From a bacterium (GTDB lineage: Bacteria; UBA8248; JACPRG01; G963555815): a stretch of DNA of 64,000 bases. Position numbers and translations under genes: made by a program. This document shows positions 38,556-47,810 of this stretch, in pieces. Within the stretch, counting starts at the first letter, position 1. Every line of letters begins with the position of its first letter. A model generated the notes under the pieces. That model saw nothing but the letters and a program-made list of their open reading frames with translations, was not told the DNA's origin and made no database searches. The stretch spans positions 4,960,001 through 5,024,000 of the forward strand of contig OZ244653.1 of the NCBI GenBank assembly GCA_965218795.1, in the 5' to 3' direction.

Positions 38556-39740
38556 TTGCCCCCGTTACATTGGGAACTCCCTCTTTTGGCGACTCGGAAT
38601 CGCTGGATCCTGTTGGGTATCGCCTGGTTTGTCGCACTGAACCTGCGGGGAAACGCGATTTCCGTTTCCCCGCTCTTGCCGTTCATTCAGGACGACCTGG
38701 GGTTGACGTACGCCCAGGCGGGGTTCTTGTTCTCCGTGCCGACGATGATGATGTCGGTTTTCGGGTTCCCCGGCGGTTGGCTGGCCGACACCTTCGGCAT
38801 GAGGCGAACGATTACCCTCGGGCTGGTCTTGATCGTGACGGGATGCTTCCTCCGCGTGACCGCTTCGGGATTTCTCTTTCTCGTCCTCTGGACGGCGGTC
38901 CTGGGGGCGGGTATGGGGATCACCGGTCCCGGCCTCACCCGACTGGTCAAGGATGATTTCCCCGATTTGCCGGGAACCGCCACGGGCATCTACACGACCG
39001 GAATCGTCGCGGGCGCGACGATGGGGTCATTTCTGACGTTTCCCTATCTCGTGGACCTGACAGGATCGTGGAAGGGAACGTTTCTGATTTGGGGCGCCTT
39101 GGCGTTGGTGGTCCTGTTGGGATGGGTACTGCTGGCTCCGATCGGAGAAGGCGGATTCGGAGAGCGTCCAAAAGTGGCCGGCATCTGGCTCGACAAGACC
39201 GTCTGGAAGCTGAACATCATCTTTCTGGCGCAGGGCTTCACCTTTTATTCCCTGACCTCATGGCTCCCGACCTACTATCATGAACTCGGACTGCCCCTGA
39301 AGACAGGGACGGGGCTGCTTACGGTCTTTATCCTGCTCAACCTGCCTTCCAGCCTGATCATCCCCTTCATCTCCGACAGGGTCGGCGGGACGAAGACGAG
39401 TCTGATGGTATCGTGCCTGGTTTTGCTTCCCGGAATGGCCGCCATTCTCTTCTGGCCGCTTGCGATGCCGTGGCTGGTTGTCTTTTGCATGGGCCTGGCG
39501 ATGGGGGGGATCTTCGCCTTGAGCTTTGCGCTCCCGCTGGAGTACGTCCATCCGACGCGGGTGGGCAGCGTGGCCGGGGCCAACCTGCTGGTGGGATACG
39601 CCGGGACCTTTATCGGCCCCGTCATCATCGGGTATGTCCACGACGTGACATCGAGCTTCAGGGCGGGATGGATGGTCGTGCTCGTGGTCATCGTTCTTCT
39701 ATTCCTGACGGCCTGGTCGCTTCCAAAGAAAGCCCATTGA
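38556..39740 (+). CDS. MFS transporter (CynX-like)
   Basis: ALNLR, SPLLP.I..DLGL, GWLADTFG, SWLP.YY; about 12 TM segments. Confidence 0.9.
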   Translation: MPPLHWELPLLATRNRWILLGIAWFVALNLRGNAISVSPLLPFIQDDLGLTYAQAGFLFSVPTMMMSVFGFPGGWLADTFGMRRTITLGLVLIVTGCFLRVTASGFLFLVLWTAVLGAGMGITGPGLTRLVKDDFPDLPGTATGIYTTGIVAGATMGSFLTFPYLVDLTGSWKGTFLIWGALALVVLLGWVLLAPIGEGGFGERPKVAGIWLDKTVWKLNIIFLAQGFTFYSLTSWLPTYYHELGLPLKTGTGLLTVFILLNLPSSLIIPFISDRVGGTKTSLMVSCLVLLPGMAAILFWPLAMPWLVVFCMGLAMGGIFALSFALPLEYVHPTRVGSVAGANLLVGYAGTFIGPVIIGYVHDVTSSFRAGWMVVLVVIVLLFLTAWSLPKKAH

Positions 39741-39836
39741 TCGAATCGGAGCGATTGAAGCATGGCCGATCCGGGGAACAACCGGTCGTTCGGGCGGCAT
39801 GGGCGGAGGCGCGGCAGGGCGGGAATCTCTTGCCCT

Positions 39837-40046
39837 TCAAAAAGTGAATGTCTCCTCTTCCGGGGCGTCCGGAATGGCTTTTGCGTTCAAACCCCGTTCC
39901 TCCAGGTATCGTCGCACGGCTTCCGTGACGATATCCGTGACGGTTACTCGATCCTGCGCAACCATGGAATCCAGCTTCTTGGTGATGTCCGGCGGGAAGG
40001 CGAGGGTGTGAACCCGCACTGCGCGGAACCTGACGCCGTGAGCCAT
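39837..40046 (-). CDS. Ribbon-helix-helix (CopG-like) small protein
   Basis: MAHGVRFRAVRVHTLAFPPDITKKLDSMVAQDRVTVTDIVTEAVRRYLE; GAGAGGA RBS. Confidence 0.68.
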   Translation of the reverse strand: MAHGVRFRAVRVHTLAFPPDITKKLDSMVAQDRVTVTDIVTEAVRRYLEERGLNAKAIPDAPEEETFTF

Positions 40047-40095
40047 GTTTCCTCTCCCGAGTGCCCGGGGATTGGGCTGAGGGAGCCGCCCCCGA

Positions 40096-40770
40096 TCAGG
40101 GGCCGGCCATCGCTGGCTTGCCTGCGAAATCCGGGTCGATAAATTCCATGTAGGGTTTTGAGTAAGAACCGATGAAGTGCTCCGTCCGGTCATGGACGAG
40201 CTTCTCGATCTTCTCCTGGACGTCCGGGGTGGTAGCGTATCGCTCGATGATCATCCGGCCGTTGTGGACGTGGTTGCCCTCGTGGGCCATGACCTCATCC
40301 TCGATGATCCGGGCGGTCTCCTTGTCCACGAGGGTCACGAGCTTCTCCATGCAAACCTTCAGGATGAACTCGCCCGTCAAGTTGCTCGCCGCGGCGATAT
40401 AGACTGGATGGTCCCAAGAGAGCGTCTTTTGTAGCATCCCGCTGTGGACGGGCCCCGGCCTGAACTTCGGGAGGTCCGATTCGGCGCCGCGATCGGCGAC
40501 GAGCTTCGCGAAGGTCAGGTAGTGATGATATTCCTCCACGAGCTGCTGGGTCATGAGAAGCTTGAGGTCGTCGTCCTCGGGAGGGAAAAGGGTGATCATC
40601 TTCGCGGGACACAGGACACCCAGGTAATACTCCCGCCATTCGTGGGACTGAAACGTCGCTGTGATCTCGTCCTCGGTCAAGGGCGGTGTCCGATCAAGCA
40701 CCTCCCGCATCCCGTCGAGGTTCCGTGTCGCCCTTTCGAGGAGATTTTTCGCAAATTTTTTGCTGTCCAT
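40096..40770 (-). CDS. Ferritin-like di-iron domain protein
   Basis: E ... EEYHH ... GE ... HEGNH spacing of a four-helix carboxylate di-iron site; GAGGAGG RBS. Confidence 0.75.
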   Translation of the reverse strand: MDSKKFAKNLLERATRNLDGMREVLDRTPPLTEDEITATFQSHEWREYYLGVLCPAKMITLFPPEDDDLKLLMTQQLVEEYHHYLTFAKLVADRGAESDLPKFRPGPVHSGMLQKTLSWDHPVYIAAASNLTGEFILKVCMEKLVTLVDKETARIIEDEVMAHEGNHVHNGRMIIERYATTPDVQEKIEKLVHDRTEHFIGSYSKPYMEFIDPDFAGKPAMAGP

Positions 40771-41245
40771 CGCCCCGCCTCCTCTCGGTTGAGAGCCGCA
40801 AGCCTTCCACTGGGAAGAAACCGTTCACGTCAACAGCCGTACCAGAAGTTGTAGGACGTGTCAATGGGTGTTCGGTCTGGTTCGGCCTTTGCTCAAAGGC
40901 GGAGGGATGGGATCAGGTATTGGATTTCAGCATATTGTGATGCGAGAAGTTCAGGGATAAGGGCCTGTCGCGGCTCGCTTAGATAGCAGAGACGGGAATC
41001 GGGGGGATCAATCCCTGATTTGTTGTTCTCTTTACTTTTGTATATTCGCGTCCCATATTTAGCAAAAAATAAACAAAAGTATAATGGAAAGGCTCCTTGT
41101 TCCTAAGGGGTCTCGAATTCTGGAGGTGCGTATTAGGTATTTGGGTTTCCATCTGTACGGGAATAACGAACTGTGGATGAGTCCCGCTGATCCAGCATTT
41201 TTTGGAATATTACGAAACAAAGCCAAAGAATCCTCTATTTTTCAA

Positions 41246-41762
41246 TGAGTTATGATTTGGTTTTTGGGTTTGAGAGTTGGCGTATGGCTATGGATTCCCG
41301 CTCTCCGACAGAAGCACTTGGGGACGGGCCTTGGCGGGCGGAAATCTCTTTGGCCGGCAACCAAGCGCCGAGCAGGCCAGCGATGATGGGAACGGCGATC
41401 ACCCATTCCAGCGTGGCCGCGATGCCGGGAACATCTCCTGGGCCATCGGCCCGGACATCATGAGGAAGAACCCGCCTAGAAACAGGAGTAACAGAGAAAG
41501 GGAACCCTTTGTGCCGAGAAACCCGGCCAAAAACAGCGCGGCCAGCCCCATAGTGACGGCGAAGATGGCCTCTCGTTTCAGCCGGTCGCCCGGAAAGCCG
41601 CCCAGAACCTCGCCGATGACGCCCAGGGCGAGAAAGACGGACAGGGCAATTCCGCCAGTCCAGGTGGACACGCCCCTACCTTGCAGCATCAGGGGCAGGA
41701 AGCTGCTGAACACGCCGTATGTCAGGTTTCTCAAGACCACGATGAGCCAGATGCCCGAGAGC
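41246..41762 (-). pseudogene. C-terminal fragment of an MFS transporter (Fsr-like)
   Basis: FLPL.L..RG, G.VLGG..GDRL.R, AQEMFP; no N-terminal half; frameshifted. Confidence 0.65.
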
Positions 41763-41840
41763 GAGCGCCAGGGTCTCGTCCATGTCGCGGACCAGAAGGG
41801 CAGGTACGAGACGTTGGCCAACGCCGGTCGTTGTTGTCAT
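41763..41840 (-). pseudogene. N-terminal stub of a VOC-family gene cassette
   Basis: MTTTTGVGQRLVPALLVRDMDETLA, starting 16 nt after a GTTATGC core site. Confidence 0.55.
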
Positions 41841-41856
41841 GTCGTTCTTCTTCTCC

Positions 41857-42040
41857 GCATAACAATCATTAGATTGATCCGCATAGGATGCGGAGTCTTG
41901 GGTTTCCGTCCGCATAACGCGCCATCTAAGGGATTTCCAAAGGCGCGCTAAAGCCTTTATATCCCTTGGGTTTCGTTCTGGACGTCGGATTATCAGGTCG
42001 TTTTATGCGGATCAGTATAAAACACCCCCCTTGGATTACC
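41857..42040 (-). other. Putative attI region of an inverse-type integron
   Basis: GTTATGC (GTTRRRY) at 41863-41857 and 41918-41912; repeated TATGCGGA motifs; located at the 3' end of the intI remnant. Confidence 0.55.
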
Positions 42041-42156
42041 TCAAAGCCCGTCCACCGGACTGCGAAGGCCAGACAGGCCGTGGTTGGGAGGACATGAGTA
42101 TAGATCATCGTCGTTTTAGCATCCTTGTGGCCGAGAAGCTCTTGGACCGTTCGAAT
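42041..42156 (-). pseudogene. intI: Integron integrase C-terminal remnant
   Basis: [23 protein letters not shown], then shifted-frame [14 protein letters not shown], matching the IntI ending [10 protein letters not shown]...RSP.D. Confidence 0.8.
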
Positions 42157-42161
42157 GCGTA

Positions 42162-42449
42162 GGGGGTCAGGTCTTGAAACGTGCGCTGGTTTGTTCGGAA
42201 AATTCGAGTCTGACCCCAAATCCGCACAGGAGGATATCCGTCCGGGCGTTCCCCCGGGCGGTGATGTGGTACTGCCCACTCCAAAATTTCGGCCGGAGTG
42301 GACGAGACATGGGAAAAGCCCATCCGTAGGGAAAGTATGGAGCAAAAATCTGAGGTCAGTGACCTTTTGGGCTCAGGCAAGGGTCGGCCTTAGCAATCCG
42401 AGCATCCAAGTCACGCGAGCACAATCTGAAAATTCAAGCCCTGACCCCA
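42162..42449 (-). mobile_element. RAYT (IS200-like Y1 transposase) N-terminal remnant with GGGGTCAG-type REPs
   Basis: ATG 42310: [26 protein letters not shown]; GGGGTCAG..T(T/C)GAA repeats at about 42162, 42198-42218 and 42428-42449. Confidence 0.7.
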
Positions 42450-42699
42450 TTTCGTGCGAGGAGCGATTCAAGAAATTCGACAAATTTCCGAACGGACTGC
42501 GGTCCATCATCCGTCAAAGGGAAACATTCAGACAGTTGACTGCGTGTAGCATTTGACTATTTAATGAGCCCTGTTCACCCTGAAATGAGACCCAGTGAAT
42601 CCCGAAAGGAGGATTCTTTCCCGCCTGCATCGAACCTGTGGTTGGCTACAATTCATTCCATCGAGAAAAAGCCATCTTGCGATGGGGGGAGGAAAAGAG

Positions 42700-43695
42700 A
42701 TGAGTAAACTCGGAAGAACGGTGGGTTTGTGTCTCTTGGCATTCGCTCTCTTGATTTTCGGCTCGTACACGCACGTACAGGCTCAGGCGGCCGATAAAGC
42801 CAGCCTGCGGCTGAGTTGGCTTATCGTGGCCAACTTTGCACCCTTCTTCATGGGTGTAGATAAAGGTTTCTACAAATCAGAGGGCATTGACCTGACAATC
42901 CATGAAGGAAAGGGTTCCTCCCTTGCGGCCCAGATGGTGGCACAGAAAAAGAACACCTTTGGGGTGTCCGACGCCGGGGTCATGATCAAATCCATCGAGA
43001 ACGGGCTTCCGATTAAGATGGTATGGTGCCACACCCAGACCAACCCCATGTCCGTTCTCTCAAGCGCGGCGAAGGGGATCCGGGCGCCCAAGGATCTAGT
43101 TGGAAAGAAAATTGCCGGTTCGGCTCGCTCTTCCATGACCCTCCTGTTTCGCCCAATGCTGAAGCGGAACAACATTGATACTTCCAAAGTAGAGGTCTTC
43201 AACAGCAGTCCGCCTTTCCACCCATTGGTTCTCAGCGGAAAGGTCGACGCCATGCTAGGGTACTGGCCCGACAATGTCCCGAAATTCGAGGAATTCGGCC
43301 TCAAAGTGAATGTGGTCAAATACGCCGATTGGGGCCTAAACACGCTGAGCAACGGGCTCACGGCCCATCTTGACACCATCGCCAAGCAGCCTGACCTTGT
43401 GCGCCGATTTGTTCGGGCTTCCGCTCGGTCCTGGGAGTATGCCCAAACGCACATTCAGGAGGCCATAGACAGCCAGATGTCCCGGATGGCGAAGGGAAAG
43501 CGCTCCACCCAAGTCCAGACTCTCAAGAACACGATGCAGGGGCTGCACACAAAGAACTCCAAAGGGAAACCTCTCGGTTGGATGTCGCCTAAGGACTGGA
43601 AGGAGACCGTGGACACCCTTCACGGGACTGGGCTCATCAAGACACGAAGCCCCATCGATCGGTACTATACCAACCAGTTTGTTCCAAGCAGTTAA
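42700..43695 (+). CDS. NMT1/THI5-like (NitT/TauT) ABC substrate-binding protein
   Basis: Signal peptide; LRLSW, DKGFYKSEGID..I.EGKGS, PKDL.GKKI, LVRRFVRA, YYTNQF. Confidence 0.9.
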   Translation: MSKLGRTVGLCLLAFALLIFGSYTHVQAQAADKASLRLSWLIVANFAPFFMGVDKGFYKSEGIDLTIHEGKGSSLAAQMVAQKKNTFGVSDAGVMIKSIENGLPIKMVWCHTQTNPMSVLSSAAKGIRAPKDLVGKKIAGSARSSMTLLFRPMLKRNNIDTSKVEVFNSSPPFHPLVLSGKVDAMLGYWPDNVPKFEEFGLKVNVVKYADWGLNTLSNGLTAHLDTIAKQPDLVRRFVRASARSWEYAQTHIQEAIDSQMSRMAKGKRSTQVQTLKNTMQGLHTKNSKGKPLGWMSPKDWKETVDTLHGTGLIKTRSPIDRYYTNQFVPSS

Positions 43696-43711
43696 GAATC
43701 AAAGACAAAAA

Positions 43712-43765
43712 CGCCGGTAGGATATGGTTCGCACCTCAAGCCAGTTCTACCGGCGGTCTTCTTTG
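43712..43765 (+). terminator. Probable intrinsic terminator
   Basis: CGCCGGTAGGA...TTCTACCGGCG followed by TCTTCTTT. Confidence 0.55.
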
Positions 43766-43968
43766 GCTTCAGGAAAGAGGTGTTCGGGTCGTGGCGCGAG
43801 GGGGCGAGCGCCTCGGCCGTTCGGCGGCAGTGAGAGTCGAAACCGGGGCGAGTACCGTTAGCCTTCGTCTCTCCCTGCTGAAGTCAACTCGAAACCGCCC
43901 GGGCTCATCCTTCTAACAGACCTCCTTCAAAGGCTTCCTGGGTATTCTCTTCAAGGAAAGAAGCCAAC

Positions 43969-45561
43969 ATGGGAAATCATTACCGGACGGGGCGCTCGGT
44001 CGTCTTCGGCAAAAGAGGGATGGTGGCGACCAGCCAAGTTAGCTCTACGCTGGCCGGTCTGGACGTCTTAAGGGAAGGGGGAAACGCCGTCGACGCCGCG
44101 GTGGCCGCTGCCGCCGTGCTGCACGTGGTCGAACCCTACAATACCGGTCTCGGCGGCGACATGTTCGCCCAGATTTGGTGGGCCAAGACAGGGGAGCTCA
44201 AGGGCTTGAATGGGAGCGGACGGGCCCCCGCGGCGGCAACCGTTGACGCACTTCGCCACCTCGGCCACTGCCAGATGCCGACCGAACACGTCCATGCCAT
44301 CACAACGCCGGGGGCACTCGACGGTTGGGTCACCCTCCTGGAGAGCTATGGCCGGATGGACCTCCCTCGGCTATTGTCTCCGGCTATTCGTGTTGCGGAG
44401 GAAGGGTTTGTCGTCCCCCCCGTCGTCAGCCAGGAGTGGGATGCATCGGCCAAAAAAATCTCTGTGGACTCCGACGCCGCCAGCCATTACCTCCTCGATG
44501 GCCGTGCGCCGCGCGTGGGGGAGATCTTTCGGAACCCGGCCCTGGGCCGTACGCTCCGGACCGTTGCAGAAGGAAGCAGAGAGGTCCTCTACCATGGGGA
44601 ACTGGGCGAGAAGCTTGTGCGGGCGATCGAGGTGAAAGGCGGTCTCTTGTCGATGGAGGACCTTGCGGCTCACCGCTCGGACTGGGTCGAACCCATTCGG
44701 ACGACCTTTCACGGATACGAGGTCTTGGAGCTTCCACCCAACGGCCAGGGCATTACGGTGCTCATGGCCCTGAACATCTTGGAGGAGATTGAGCTGTCCA
44801 CGCTGGAGCACAACTCCCCGGATTACTGCCACTTCGTCCTGGAGGCGATGAAACTGGCCTTCGCGGATTGCCGTTACCACGTCACGGACCCCGAGGCGGA
44901 GGCGATTCCCACCCAGCGCCTTCTCTCCAAGGCCTACGCGGCCGAACGGCGGGGTCTCATCGACTCCCGGCGTGCGCTGCCGGACGTCACTCCCGGCGGC
45001 TTTTCCTCAGGTGACACCGTTTACCTGGCAACGGCCGACTCCGATGGAAACATGGTCTCTTTCATCAACAGCCTTTTCTACCATTTCGGATCGGGCATAT
45101 GCGCCGGCGACACCGGCCTGCTGATGCAGAACCGAGGTGCGGGGTTCGTCCTGGACGAACGCCATCCCAACTGCCTGAAGCCTCACAAGCGGCCTCTTCA
45201 CACAATCATTCCCGCGTGCTTGATGAAGGACGCCAGACCCCATATGGTCTTCGGCGTCGTAGGAGGCGACATGCAGCCACAGGGCCACGTCCAGCTTCTC
45301 TTGAACTACCTGGTGTTCGGGATGGACATTCAGGAGGCCATTGAGGCGCCTCGAATTCGTATCACTGCGGGAGGTGAGGTCTGGCTGGAAGATCGGATCC
45401 CGAGTGCGGTGGCCGAGGATCTCACCCGGCGGGGGCATCATGCGAATCGGATGCACGCGCTTGAGTTCGGAGGTGCGCAAGCCATTGCCCGGGAAAATCA
45501 AGCCGCCATTTATGCAGGAGCTTCGGAGTCCCGGAAGGACGGGTGCGCCCTGGGATACTAG
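43969..45561 (+). CDS. ggt: Gamma-glutamyltransferase family protein
   Basis: GGNAVDAA, GLGGD, PPNGQG, D|TVYL autocleavage Thr, QNRG.GF, KRPLHTI, GG.MQPQGH, RKDG. Confidence 0.94.
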   Translation: MGNHYRTGRSVVFGKRGMVATSQVSSTLAGLDVLREGGNAVDAAVAAAAVLHVVEPYNTGLGGDMFAQIWWAKTGELKGLNGSGRAPAAATVDALRHLGHCQMPTEHVHAITTPGALDGWVTLLESYGRMDLPRLLSPAIRVAEEGFVVPPVVSQEWDASAKKISVDSDAASHYLLDGRAPRVGEIFRNPALGRTLRTVAEGSREVLYHGELGEKLVRAIEVKGGLLSMEDLAAHRSDWVEPIRTTFHGYEVLELPPNGQGITVLMALNILEEIELSTLEHNSPDYCHFVLEAMKLAFADCRYHVTDPEAEAIPTQRLLSKAYAAERRGLIDSRRALPDVTPGGFSSGDTVYLATADSDGNMVSFINSLFYHFGSGICAGDTGLLMQNRGAGFVLDERHPNCLKPHKRPLHTIIPACLMKDARPHMVFGVVGGDMQPQGHVQLLLNYLVFGMDIQEAIEAPRIRITAGGEVWLEDRIPSAVAEDLTRRGHHANRMHALEFGGAQAIARENQAAIYAGASESRKDGCALGY

Positions 45562-45797
45562 ACCCGAGTGGAGAACAGGACTGACCGAGCGTGGGAGCTT
45601 GGGAAGTTCCGTTCACTCCGGGACCTTCCGTATCGATCGATACGCTCGAACTTGTGGGTTGGTCAGCCTTGGCCTGGAGAAGATTCTTGGACGGGCACAA
45701 GTAAGGTCAGGTTCTGAAGATTCCGTCTTCCGTCCAAGGTCCGATGACCACCGCTCTTTCCCCCTTTCCCCGAATCCCTTCCAGCGGCTCTACCGAT

Positions 45798-46568
45798 TCA
45801 GTCGATCCGCCCCTCCGCCTGCATGTATTCGCGGATTTGGCCGACGGATTGAGTAAAATCTGAAGTCTCCATGGTCTTTAACCCTCGCGGCCTTTCAAAG
45901 CTGATCGGGATGTCGGCGAGGACTCGGCCGGGGCGGTCGGAGAAGACGATGACCCTGTCCGAGAGGAAAACAGCTTCGGGGATGCTGTGGGTGATGAAAA
46001 GGACGGTTTTCCGACTCTTACCCCAAATGCGCATCAACTCAAGGTTCATCTGCTCCCGGGTCAAAGCGTCGAGAGCTCCGAACGGTTCGTCCATCAAGAG
46101 AAGCGTGGGATCATGGATGAGGGCCCGACAGATGGCCACTCGCTGCTGCATCCCTCCCGATAGTTGGTGTGGATACCGATTCTCAAATCCCTCAATCCCG
46201 ACCAGTTCCAGAAGTTCCATCGCGCGTTTCCAATGGACTTCCATATCCAGGCCGCGGATTTCTGCTTGGAGCAGAATATTTTTTACCACCGTCCGCCAGC
46301 TCATGAGCAGGTGGTTCTGGAACACGATGCCGATGTCGGAGTGAGGACCCTGGACAGGCTTCTCATTGACCATGACCAGCCCCCGGGTCGGGGAATAAAG
46401 GCCTGCCACGATTTTTAGAAGCGTACTCTTGCCACACCCACTCGGTCCCACGATGGAAACGAACTCTCCCTCACAAACGTGAAGACTTACACCTTCCAGA
46501 GCGTGGATGAGATCCCCGTCAGAAGCGTAGATCTTCCGTAGGTTATGGATCTCGATGATGTTCTTCAT
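45798..46568 (-). CDS. NitT/TauT ABC ATP-binding protein
   Basis: GPSGCGKST, LSGGMQQR, MDEPFGALD, ITHSIPEAV. Confidence 0.95.
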   Translation of the reverse strand: MKNIIEIHNLRKIYASDGDLIHALEGVSLHVCEGEFVSIVGPSGCGKSTLLKIVAGLYSPTRGLVMVNEKPVQGPHSDIGIVFQNHLLMSWRTVVKNILLQAEIRGLDMEVHWKRAMELLELVGIEGFENRYPHQLSGGMQQRVAICRALIHDPTLLLMDEPFGALDALTREQMNLELMRIWGKSRKTVLFITHSIPEAVFLSDRVIVFSDRPGRVLADIPISFERPRGLKTMETSDFTQSVGQIREYMQAEGRID

Positions 46569-46600
46569 CCTGTCCCGCTCATTCGCCTGTCCCCGAATCC

Positions 46601-47476
46601 CTAGTAGGTATATTCCTGGCGCCCCTCCTGGCCCTTCACGGCGGCGTGCCAAGGAATGAAGAGAGGCTCTAAAAGGGAGACGACTCCGTAGAGGCCGAAT
46701 CCGATACAGGCAAGTATGATGAGGAGAGCGAACAATAATGGGGTATCGACGTTTCCGTTGGCGACTAGAACCAGATAGCCTAAGCCACTGTTCGAGCCTA
46801 CGAACTCTCCCACAATGGCACCAATGACCGAGAGAGTGATGGAGACTTTGAGGCCGCTGAAGAGAAAGGGAAGCGACGTGGGTACCCGGGCCTTGAAAAA
46901 AACTTGGAGCTTCGTGGCCGACATCGATCGCACGAGTTCCAGCATTTCGGTCTCCACAGATTTGAGTCCTGTGGCCATCGAAATCACGATTGGAAAGAAG
47001 CAGATGAGAAAGGCCACAACGACCTTGGGTAGGATGCCGAAGCCGAACCAAAGCAGAAAAAGTGGGGCGATTGCCACTTTAGGCATCGTTTGGGAAAAGA
47101 TTAACAGAGGCATCAGGGCTCGGCCCACCGGCTCCGACCAAACGATTAGGAGGGCGCACGGCACCCCAATCGCCACCCCGAGTAAAAAGCCTGCGACTGC
47201 CTCATACGTCGTCACCCAGCCGTGTCGCAACAACAAGTGATACTGTTGGAAAATCTCGACCAGGATACGCTCAGGACTGGGAAGAATGTAGTGGGGCATG
47301 TTCAGGAGGTAGATAATGGCGTACCAAGCAGCGACTCCCCCGATGATGGCCAAGAGAGGATAGAGCATTCCCGAGAATCTCCGCCCAGAGCGAACGGTCG
47401 CCCTGATGCGGGTCATGTCTTCCTCAAGGTCCGGAAGACTCCGCGGAATAGATTGCGTGTCCTCCCCCTGGGTCAT
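46601..47476 (-). CDS. NitT/TauT ABC permease
   Basis: ILPSP, PKVAIAPL, FFPI, FSGLK, GAIVGEF, GLGY. Confidence 0.93.
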   Translation of the reverse strand: MTQGEDTQSIPRSLPDLEEDMTRIRATVRSGRRFSGMLYPLLAIIGGVAAWYAIIYLLNMPHYILPSPERILVEIFQQYHLLLRHGWVTTYEAVAGFLLGVAIGVPCALLIVWSEPVGRALMPLLIFSQTMPKVAIAPLFLLWFGFGILPKVVVAFLICFFPIVISMATGLKSVETEMLELVRSMSATKLQVFFKARVPTSLPFLFSGLKVSITLSVIGAIVGEFVGSNSGLGYLVLVANGNVDTPLLFALLIILACIGFGLYGVVSLLEPLFIPWHAAVKGQEGRQEYTY

Positions 47477-47810
47477 GTCCCCGTTCCCTCCATCGGATTT
47501 CCCGTTGGCTCGGCTCGGCTTGCTATTCTCTCTGGGAAAGAGAATTTTCTGCACTTCGCCCGGAAGCCTTACTCCTCAACCCGAATCTTGCAGCACCGGC
47601 ATGAAACGCGACGTGTCGTCATCTCGTGCCCTGTCCTGCGCATTTTGGACCACCGGGAGGGCCATTCTCCGTTAATAACTTCCTGTCTTTTGAATCCAGG
47701 GAAGACTCTGACTGTTTCGATGGCGTCCACTCTACGTCAACCCCAAATCAGGCGCAACGGATCACGTTGAAGGATGGAATGGAGGTTTCTCCACTGCCAG
47801 CCGTCACGGA

